From NCBI GenBank assembly GCA_036676495.1, contig JAKFCT010000037.1, forward strand, positions 1 to 54,512: a stretch of DNA of 54,512 nucleotides, written 5' to 3'. How positions within the stretch are numbered: position 1 is the stretch's first letter; each line of letters opens with the position of its first letter. A program made the position numbers and the translations under genes. The notes under the pieces were generated by a model. It was given only the letters and a program-made list of their open reading frames with translations. It ran no database searches and was not told where the DNA came from. Source of the DNA: Candidatus Sericytochromatia bacterium (GTDB lineage: Bacteria > Cyanobacteriota > Sericytochromatia > S15B-MN24 > UBA4093). Positions 17,862 to 25,347 of this stretch are shown piece after piece.

Positions 17862-19424
17862 ATGTCCCGACCCCCCCTCTTGCGCGCCCTATCCTTGATC
17901 GTCTCCGGCGGGCTCGCCTTGGGCGCCTTACCCGCACGGGCCGGAACCACCACCCACATTCCGCAGGGAAGCAGCCAGTACACGCAGATTGAATTGCGAA
18001 CCGTCGCGACGACCCAGAGCGAGGACGTCCCCGGGGCCAAGCAACTCACGAAAGCGACGCCGTCCACCACGGAGGTGATCACCGGGCCGACCACCAAGCT
18101 CATCCAGGACTGGGAGACCCGCGACTACCAGGTTCAGGTGACGAACTACCCACTGCGGCGCGAGGAGAAGAGCGAGGTGGCGGTCACCAAGAACGACTTT
18201 ATCAACCGCTACACCTATGAGGTCCCCGACAAGACCTGGAAGACATGGGCCTTCGGTGGCCCCACCACTACCGGCATGGACGTTCGATCGCTCCCTGAGT
18301 ATTACGTCCCTACTTTCCCCAAGGTCTATGGCGGAGGGGGCTATACCCCTCACGGGATCACGGAGTACGATGCCGAACGCTGGGCGATGACCCAAAGCAT
18401 CCTTGTCATGGTCTCCCCGAGCGGCTGGGATAGCAATCATCTCAGGGCATACCTCTGGTTTACCAAAGACCTCAAGTTCCTCGGGGGATACTTCAATGAC
18501 GGGCATGGAGGCACGAGTATCGGGACGGCGAGGATCATACGATACTGGGATCACGACGCCGTCGAGTACCACATGAACTGCACCCTCAATGATGATTGGT
18601 GGCGGTGGCAACCCGCGTGCGGCACCAACGGGACCGTCACCTATCATCTGACGGGAAGACTCCTCGAAGAGAAGACGTATACCTCCATGCGAACCGAGAC
18701 GAAAGATACGCCCTACAGCACCTTCGAAAAGATTTACGGCCCCTGGGAGCCCACTGGACGCATGGTGCGCGACGGTCGACGGAGCACGGTGCGCACCATA
18801 ACGGCCTCGGAGAAGGTGCTGGTCAGCCAGCGCACCGTTCCTCACAATCCCGGCGCCGCCAGGACGCTCGCTGTCGGCACGGCCGACCCGCGCCGCGCCT
18901 TCACGTCGGATTCGAGTTCCGGGAAGAGCAGTGCCTCCCTGAGCGGTAGCAAAGTTCGCAAGACCCTCGGCGCCAACCGCGTCACGGCCTCCCGCGTCGC
19001 GGGATCCAGCCAAGGATCCGGTGCACCCCGCCAAGGCAACGGAAACGGTCAGGGGGTCGGAGCGGGTCTCAGCCAGCTTATCCCGACTCCCAAGCCGACC
19101 CCGACCGCGACTCCCAAGCCGACCCCGACCGCAACTCCCAAGCCGGCCCCGACCGCGACTCCCAAACCGGTCCCGACTGCAACTCCCAAACCGGTCCCGA
19201 CCGCGACGCCCACGCCGATGCCGACGCCGAGCCCCGTGCCCACGAGGAAACCCCGTCAAAACGATACCGGCGGGCAACGCGGCCACCTGCCTTTCCTCCC
19301 GTGGGCGCAGGCGCTCGCAGCGGTCAACAAGGCCCCGCTCATCGACACCTGGTGGTTCCCCCGAAATCCCCAGCAGCCCCCGATGCGGGTGACCTACGAC
19401 TCCTACCGCATCCCCTCTCCCTAG
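17862..19424 (+). CDS. Secreted hypothetical protein with Pro/Thr repeat linker
   Basis: AAAGGAGG SD; signal peptide ending ARA; (TPKPTPTA)n near C-terminus. Confidence 0.75.
   Translation: MSRPPLLRALSLIVSGGLALGALPARAGTTTHIPQGSSQYTQIELRTVATTQSEDVPGAKQLTKATPSTTEVITGPTTKLIQDWETRDYQVQVTNYPLRREEKSEVAVTKNDFINRYTYEVPDKTWKTWAFGGPTTTGMDVRSLPEYYVPTFPKVYGGGGYTPHGITEYDAERWAMTQSILVMVSPSGWDSNHLRAYLWFTKDLKFLGGYFNDGHGGTSIGTARIIRYWDHDAVEYHMNCTLNDDWWRWQPACGTNGTVTYHLTGRLLEEKTYTSMRTETKDTPYSTFEKIYGPWEPTGRMVRDGRRSTVRTITASEKVLVSQRTVPHNPGAARTLAVGTADPRRAFTSDSSSGKSSASLSGSKVRKTLGANRVTASRVAGSSQGSGAPRQGNGNGQGVGAGLSQLIPTPKPTPTATPKPTPTATPKPAPTATPKPVPTATPKPVPTATPTPMPTPSPVPTRKPRQNDTGGQRGHLPFLPWAQALAAVNKAPLIDTWWFPRNPQQPPMRVTYDSYRIPSP
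19082..19240. repeat. 24-bp tandem repeat encoding TPKP(T/A/V)PTA
   Basis: actcccaagccgaccccgaccgc(g/a) about 5 copies then degenerate. Confidence 0.85.
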
Positions 19425-19447
19425 AGCGAGAAACGTTGCTACAGGTC

Positions 19448-19500
19448 AGCCAAAAGACTGCCGGGGGCCCGCAATGCGGGCCCCCGGCAGTCTTTTGGCT
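19448..19500. terminator. Bidirectional terminator, 25-bp perfect stem
   Basis: agccaaaagactgccgggggcccgc-aat-gcgggcccccggcagtcttttggct. Confidence 0.9.
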
Positions 19501-19506
19501 GGAAGG

Positions 19507-20481
19507 CTAGCAGGAAGGAGCGCCGGCTCCGAAGGCCCTCAGGGGCAAGGTCCGGGCATGGTCGACGTCCTGACGGATCTGGGCGACCAGCTCGTCCACC
19601 GAGCCGAAGGCCATCTCGGAGCGCAGGCGGTGCTGAAGCGAGACCGTGAGCAGCTTGCCGTAGAGATCTCCGGACCAGCCGATCAGGTGCGCTTCGATCC
19701 GGAGCTGGGGCGGGTCGAACGTCGGCCGCATGCCGAGGTTGACCACGCAGGGCTCCTGGAACGGCTGAGCCTCTTCGCTCCAGAGGGCCTGGCCCGCGTA
19801 GACGCCGTAGGCGGGAAGCAGCTTGCCCTCGTCGACGGAGAGGTTGGCGGTCGGGAAGCCCAGAAGGCGGCCGCGCTGATCGCCGGTGATGACCGTTCCC
19901 GTGAGCGTGTAGGGTCGTCCCAAGAGCGCGTTGGCCTCCCCGACATGGCCGGTAGCCAAGAGCTTGCGGATGCGCGAGCTGGAGACCGAGGCGCCGTTGA
20001 GCTCGAAGGGAGCGACGACGGTGACCGCGAAGCCGTACTCGGCTCCCAGGGCCTTGAGCATCTCGCCGTTGCCCTCCTGGCCATGGCCGAAGGCGAAGTT
20101 ATAGCCCACCACGACGTGCTTGGCCCGCATCTGGCCCACGAGAATCCGCTCGACGAATTCCCGGGCGGAAAGTTCGGACAAGGCCGGGGTGAATTGGGCT
20201 CCCACCACGGTGTCCACCCCCCGTTCGGCCAGGAAGCAGCGCTTCTCGTCCCAGGTGGTGAGCAGGGGCACGGGATAATCGGGGCGCAGCACCTTCCGGG
20301 GGTGGGAGACGAAGGTGAAGACCGTGCATGGCAGGTTCCGCTCGGACGCAATCATGCGCGCCTCGCGGATCACCGCTTGATGGCCCAGATGGACGCCGTC
20401 GAACATGCCGATCGCGACGACAGACGGAGGCCACGGGCTGCTGACGGTGAGGTTGGGGTAATGCAGGGAAAGGGTTTCCAA
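19507..20481 (-). CDS. ribF: Bifunctional riboflavin kinase / FAD synthetase
   Basis: GMFDGVHLGHQ, VSSSRIR, GRLLGFPTAN, EAHL. Confidence 0.97.
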   Translation of the reverse strand: METLSLHYPNLTVSSPWPPSVVAIGMFDGVHLGHQAVIREARMIASERNLPCTVFTFVSHPRKVLRPDYPVPLLTTWDEKRCFLAERGVDTVVGAQFTPALSELSAREFVERILVGQMRAKHVVVGYNFAFGHGQEGNGEMLKALGAEYGFAVTVVAPFELNGASVSSSRIRKLLATGHVGEANALLGRPYTLTGTVITGDQRGRLLGFPTANLSVDEGKLLPAYGVYAGQALWSEEAQPFQEPCVVNLGMRPTFDPPQLRIEAHLIGWSGDLYGKLLTVSLQHRLRSEMAFGSVDELVAQIRQDVDHARTLPLRAFGAGAPSC

Positions 20482-20495
20482 CGGTTCCTCCGGTG

Positions 20496-21353
20496 TTAGC
20501 GCTCCATTATACCGTGTAATGCATCTTGCCAGGCGCTTTCAGGGGCCTGCCGTCCCGTCCAGATCGAGAAAGCGGCGGCAGCCTGGGCGATCAGCATGGG
20601 CAGGCCGTTTCGGGCTGCCAGGCCGCGCGCTTGGGCGAGACGCATCAATCGGGTTTCGGAGGGATTGTAGATCAGATCGAGCACCGCCGCTCCGGCAGGC
20701 AGCCGCGCGAGGTCGGCTCCCTCGAGGGGGGTCGCGTCGCGCTCGGGGGCCATGCCCACGGGGGTGGTGTTGATGACCAGACCGGCCTCTTCGAGGGCCG
20801 CCGTCAGGTCGCTCGAGCCAAAGGCCGCTTCCTGCCAGCGGACATGGGGGGCGTCCATGGCCGCGACCACCTCCTGGCTCGCCCCGGGGCGGCGCACGGC
20901 GAAGGTGATCGTTCGGAGGCCCGCGGAGACGAGAGCGAAGGCGACGGCCCGGCTGGATCCGCCGGCCCCCAGGATCACGGCCCGCTCGGGAACCGGAAGG
21001 CCTTCGAGCATGGCCAGGAAGCCCAGGTGATCGGTGTTATGGCCGATGAGGCGATCGCCATCCCGAGCAATCGTGTTCACCGCCCCGATCCGCTGAGCGT
21101 CCGGCGTGATCGCGTCCAGCAGCGGCATGACGGCCACTTTGTGGGGGACCGTGACGTTGAGGCCCCCGATGGGCCAGGAGCGCATGGCGGCGACGGCGCC
21201 CGCGAGCCCCTCCGGCGGGGTCGGTAGGGCGAGGTAGACCCCATTGAGGCCCGCTGCGGCCAGGGCGGCATTGTGGAGCGGGGGAGAAAGGGTATGTCCC
21301 AGGGGGTAGCCGATCAGGCCGAAGAGCTGGGTGCGTGCGTCGATTCCGGGCAT
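20496..21353 (-). CDS. aroE: Shikimate dehydrogenase
   Basis: HTLSPPLHN, NVTVPHK, GAVNT, NTD, GAGG, DLIYNP. Confidence 0.96.
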   Translation of the reverse strand: MPGIDARTQLFGLIGYPLGHTLSPPLHNAALAAAGLNGVYLALPTPPEGLAGAVAAMRSWPIGGLNVTVPHKVAVMPLLDAITPDAQRIGAVNTIARDGDRLIGHNTDHLGFLAMLEGLPVPERAVILGAGGSSRAVAFALVSAGLRTITFAVRRPGASQEVVAAMDAPHVRWQEAAFGSSDLTAALEEAGLVINTTPVGMAPERDATPLEGADLARLPAGAAVLDLIYNPSETRLMRLAQARGLAARNGLPMLIAQAAAAFSIWTGRQAPESAWQDALHGIMER

Positions 21354-21379
21354 GCCCCCATTCTATCACCTTCCTTGCT

Positions 21380-21451
21380 TTGTCCCCCCTTGCTCACGCA
21401 ATGCGCAACTGCGCCCGCAGGCGCAAGGGGGGACAATTAGAGGAAGATTAG
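21380..21451. repeat. Solo/degenerate end of the palindromic element family (copy C)
   Basis: ttgtccccccttgc...gcaaggggggacaa hairpin; caaggggggacaattagaggaagatt identical to 30374-30399. Confidence 0.8.
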
Positions 21452-21726
21452 AAGGGGAAGACGATGGTCGCGATGAACATCCCCACGGCCAGCGTGGAGA
21501 GGATCCGGTACTGGACCTGTTTCTCCGGCTTGATCATGGGCTTGTCGAAGAGCCACTGGTAGATCGGAGGCCCGATCAGGAGCACGGTGGTCACCCCGAT
21601 GAGGGCGGTCTGCTCCAGAGAGAGGTCGGGATGGGCCATGCCCAGCACGATCCGGATCAGCATCGTGGCGAGCAGAATCGAGATGATGTAGGCTTGGCCG
21701 CGCGCCTTTTCGTCGAACATAAACAT
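21448..21726 (-). CDS. Small membrane protein (about 3 TM helices)
   Basis: Three hydrophobic stretches in 92 aa. Confidence 0.7.
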   Translation of the reverse strand: MFMFDEKARGQAYIISILLATMLIRIVLGMAHPDLSLEQTALIGVTTVLLIGPPIYQWLFDKPMIKPEKQVQYRILSTLAVGMFIATIVFPF

Positions 21727-21882
21727 GGGGGCTCAGGCTCCTTCCGAATGGGTCCGAAGTACCCTACCCGCGCCGCTTACGGGCATCACCGGGGACCATG
21801 CGGCCCGCATGGCGCTCCGTCGCGGTTTTCTGAGGAGAGACCTGGGTTTCGGGGAGATCAAACTTTCCTAAAGGCTCGCTCG

Positions 21883-23496
21883 CTAGGCCATGCCCAGGAG
21901 GCGGCCGCCCGGGATGGAGGCCGGAAGCGGCGGGGCGGAAACCGCCGGGGCGGGAGCCGCCGGGGCGGGAGCCGCGCCGAACTTGCGGCGGATCGTCATG
22001 ATCCCCTCACCGGCCTTGCGATCCACCAGGCGCGCCGCCTCGGTGAGGGTGCCGGCCACCTGGCGGCCCCCCTCGACGAAGCCCTCGACCTTTTCCTTGG
22101 CTCCGGAAAGCGACTCGAGCGGATGGGTCACGACGTTCCAGACGGCGGCGGCGGCCGCCTTCACCCCGCGAGCGACCGTCATCACGCCTTCCTCGGCCGC
22201 GTTGGCGACCTTCCGCAGAGCCGCCTTGGGATCCATGACCGCCTCGACGAAGGCCGTGCCCAGCTTCTTGGCGGTGGGGGCGATCTGATGGCCGAAGTCC
22301 CAGAGCGAGAGGCTCATGGAGGCGATGGAGGCGCCCAGGTAGGCCATGCGGAGGCCCTGGGTCATGGGCAGGAGGTAGGTGGCCAGCTTCAGGCCGTCGA
22401 GGCCGACGGCCAGAACGGAGCGGGCCTTGGCTCCGAAGCCGGCGTTGGGATCCTTGAAGGTCTGCCAGGCTTTCACGCCGTTGGCGGCGAACATGCCGAC
22501 GTCGGCGATCGGCATCAAGACGCCCATGGCCTTGCCGAGGGCGGTGCTGGAAAAACGGATGAGGCGGGTGCTGGCGACCTTGGTGGCGGCAGGTCCCAGG
22601 AGGCGGGACTCCTGAGCCACGCGCCCCAGGGTCGAGAAGGAGAGGCGCATGCCTTCGACCGCATGGATGGAGCTGGCGGTCGCGCGGCCGAGGTCGGCGA
22701 CGGCGCCGAGGCGCTCTTCCTCGGTGGCGGTCTCGTCCTGGAAGGAGGCGTGAAGCTTCTGGTAGCTGGTGCCGACGGCGCTGATCATCTTGGGAAAGGC
22801 GATCGCCGACAAGGTGAGTCCCGCGGCCGATCCTCCGACCTCGGCGGCCTTCATCAGCCGGCTCATGGTGGTCGAGCTCATCCGCCCGATGGCCTGCACG
22901 GCCTTCATCTGCCGGGTGTCCTGGGTGAGCTTGGCGTACGCGGGGTTCTTGGCCAGGAGCGCGCTGTCGGCGGCGCTCAGGCTCTTGAGCAGGGCGTCCT
23001 GCTTGCGGATGAAGTCCGAGGCGCTCTGCGTGGCGCGGGCCGTGGCCGCGATGCGCAACGCCGAGCTGGAGGCGGGATCGGTGAGCACCCGCTGCATCTC
23101 GGTGAAGTCGTTGAGGGCCCGGGTCTGAGCGCGGGCGACGTCGGCCATGGCGCCGGCGGCGTCGGTGAAGGGCACGACCGAGCTGGTGGCGGCCTGGCCG
23201 GCGCGCAACATGCCGCCGGGAAGCTTGCCTCCCACGAGCTCGTTGAGCGACGTCTGAAGCTGGTTGGCCCCCCGCAAGGTGTTGCCGAGGTTGCGGGCGG
23301 AGTCTCCCACCGCCACGACCGGGCTGGCCACGGAGTTCCCGGCCAGCAGCTGCGAGGTGAGCGTCAGGGAGTCCTGGGTCATGCGGACCTGCGACTGGAG
23401 CTTCTGGCCCGCGTTGGCCACGGCCGCCGCCTGCTCGAGGCGCTGCAACATCGGCTGGCTATTCGATTGCGGGCGGGGGGTCACCGGGCTCGTCAT
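21883..23496 (-). CDS. Ala-rich helical hypothetical protein with internal hydrophobic segments
   Basis: Long ORF with typical codon usage; GGAGAGGG SD before ATG 23496; no signal peptide. Confidence 0.7.
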   Translation of the reverse strand: MTSPVTPRPQSNSQPMLQRLEQAAAVANAGQKLQSQVRMTQDSLTLTSQLLAGNSVASPVVAVGDSARNLGNTLRGANQLQTSLNELVGGKLPGGMLRAGQAATSSVVPFTDAAGAMADVARAQTRALNDFTEMQRVLTDPASSSALRIAATARATQSASDFIRKQDALLKSLSAADSALLAKNPAYAKLTQDTRQMKAVQAIGRMSSTTMSRLMKAAEVGGSAAGLTLSAIAFPKMISAVGTSYQKLHASFQDETATEEERLGAVADLGRATASSIHAVEGMRLSFSTLGRVAQESRLLGPAATKVASTRLIRFSSTALGKAMGVLMPIADVGMFAANGVKAWQTFKDPNAGFGAKARSVLAVGLDGLKLATYLLPMTQGLRMAYLGASIASMSLSLWDFGHQIAPTAKKLGTAFVEAVMDPKAALRKVANAAEEGVMTVARGVKAAAAAVWNVVTHPLESLSGAKEKVEGFVEGGRQVAGTLTEAARLVDRKAGEGIMTIRRKFGAAPAPAAPAPAVSAPPLPASIPGGRLLGMA

Positions 23497-23739
23497 CGCT
23501 CCCTCTCCAAGGATCATCCCGAGGCGCCATGGGCCTCTCTCTCTCTATCCGCCCGTCCCGGCCCGGACTTGGTAAGCGGGACTTTAAGGCTTCGCTAAGC
23601 TTTGGCCTCTCGGGCGGGGCCGAGGAGAAAATGGCGACTCCGCCCGGGAATAACGCGCGAATTATCCTTGCTTGCCGGGTACGATCTCCTAGGCTTCCAC
23701 TTTCGCCCCGCAAAATCGACCCTCTGAGGAGCCTTTTCC

Positions 23740-25338
23740 ATGCCGACTCCACGAACGCTGGCTGCACGCACCCTCCTCCTGCTCCTGGGCATCAGCCTCG
23801 TGGTCGCTTGCGACGCGACCCCGTTCGACGTGGGCAATCAGGCCCCCAGGTCCAGCACGGCGCAGGCGCGCGGGATCCGGGGCACGGTCCTCGACACGAC
23901 GGGCGCTCCCGCCGGGGGAGTCGTGGTCCGCGGCACGCTCATCAGCAACAACGCCGGGGGGCTCATCAGCAACAACGGAGGCGGCCTCATCAGCAACAAC
24001 GCCGGGGGCCTCATCAGCAACGGCTCGGGGCTCTACCGCACCCAGAGCGGAGGCTTCGAGACCAAGACCGCATCGGACGGCTCGTTCTCCTTCAACACCT
24101 CGGACGATCAGGTCCTCACCCTCGAAGCCATCCAGCGCGAGAACATCAAGGCCATCCAGCTGGGAGCCGGGGCCTCCAGCGAGCCCTTCACCCTGCGGCT
24201 CGCTCCCACGGGCCATATCCGGGGCAAGGTCGTTCCCGCGGACGCCGCCGTCACCGATCTCCTCAACATCGACGTCTTCATCCCCGGCACCTCCTACGTC
24301 GCCAAGACGGACGCCCAAGGGAACTTCACCCTCTCGAACGTGCCTCAGGGTCGCTTCACCCTGGTGGCCGACCACCGGGATCTGGGGCGCGCCGTCCTCA
24401 ACGGCCTGACGGTCGTCTCGGGCGAGACCGCCACGCCTCCCGCCCTGGCGCTCAGCACGCGCACGCCCGTGCTGACGTCCCTGGCGCCTGCAAACGGCGC
24501 TCCGGGCGCACTCGTCACCCTGAAGGGAGAGCACTTCGGCGTCTCCTCCGGCAAGCGGCCCGACGTCTACTTCAACGGCCTCGCCGCGCAGATCGTCTCG
24601 GCCTCGGAAACCCAGATCACGGCCACGGTTCCTTTGGGAGCCATCTCCGGGACGATCCGGGTCTCGGTGAGCGGGCTCGAATCCGCCACCCTGCCCTTCC
24701 GGGTCCTGCGCAGCCTCGCGCTCTTCCCCGATTACCAGGAAGCCGATTTCCAGGATCCGACGGCCCAGCCGCCAGCCTCCGACGTGATCGCGCTCGGCGC
24801 CACGCGCAGCTACCGCGTCAGGGCCTTCGACACCGAGGGCCGCCCCATCAGCGCTCCCGCCGTCTCCTGGAGCACGCTCGGAACCGTCGCCTCCGAACTC
24901 TCCAACGGCGAGTTCAAGCCCCTGGCTCCGGGCCGCCTGGCGATCGCCGCCATCTCCGGCAGCGTGAGCACCCCCCCGCTCGCCATCGAGATCCTCTCCG
25001 CCATCACCCGCGTGGACGTCCTCCCCAACCCGCTCAAGCCGCTCAACCCCCCGCCCCTCATCCCCGTGCCGGAGGCCGAGCGCAGCCAGATCCCCGACTG
25101 GGTCCAGCTCCAGCCCAAGGTGGTCCTGGACACCCACGAAACCCGCGAGATCCCCTTCCGCTACGAGTCGCTCCACCCGGATCTCACGATCTCCCCGACC
25201 GGCCGGGTCACGGTCATGCCGGGAGCCGCCGACGGCTCGCCCTCGGTCAAGCTCATCCCGATCGCCAATCCGGCCAAGTTCCGGGTGCTGGAGATTCCCG
25301 TGCAGCAGCAGGGCGATCTCAGCTTCGTCATCCAGTAG
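23740..25338 (+). CDS. Lipoprotein with carboxypeptidase-regulatory-like domains, LISNN repeats and IPT/TIG domain
   Basis: Lipobox VVAC; IRGTVLD, KTDAQGNFTLSNVPQG, VTLKGEHFG; C-terminal GDLSFVIQ. Confidence 0.8.
   Translation: MPTPRTLAARTLLLLLGISLVVACDATPFDVGNQAPRSSTAQARGIRGTVLDTTGAPAGGVVVRGTLISNNAGGLISNNGGGLISNNAGGLISNGSGLYRTQSGGFETKTASDGSFSFNTSDDQVLTLEAIQRENIKAIQLGAGASSEPFTLRLAPTGHIRGKVVPADAAVTDLLNIDVFIPGTSYVAKTDAQGNFTLSNVPQGRFTLVADHRDLGRAVLNGLTVVSGETATPPALALSTRTPVLTSLAPANGAPGALVTLKGEHFGVSSGKRPDVYFNGLAAQIVSASETQITATVPLGAISGTIRVSVSGLESATLPFRVLRSLALFPDYQEADFQDPTAQPPASDVIALGATRSYRVRAFDTEGRPISAPAVSWSTLGTVASELSNGEFKPLAPGRLAIAAISGSVSTPPLAIEILSAITRVDVLPNPLKPLNPPPLIPVPEAERSQIPDWVQLQPKVVLDTHETREIPFRYESLHPDLTISPTGRVTVMPGAADGSPSVKLIPIANPAKFRVLEIPVQQQGDLSFVIQ
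23938..24030 (+). repeat. 24-bp tandem repeat encoding LISNN(A/G)GG x3 plus LISNGSG
   Basis: ctcatcagcaacaac repeated at 24-nt spacing. Confidence 0.9.
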
Positions 25339-25347
25339 GAGACCGCC

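Noticed and set aside
23544-23572. Sigma28-like promoter (CAAG-N15-GCGGATAG) upstream of the helical protein
   Set aside because: Match too weak in a GC-rich background to support alone
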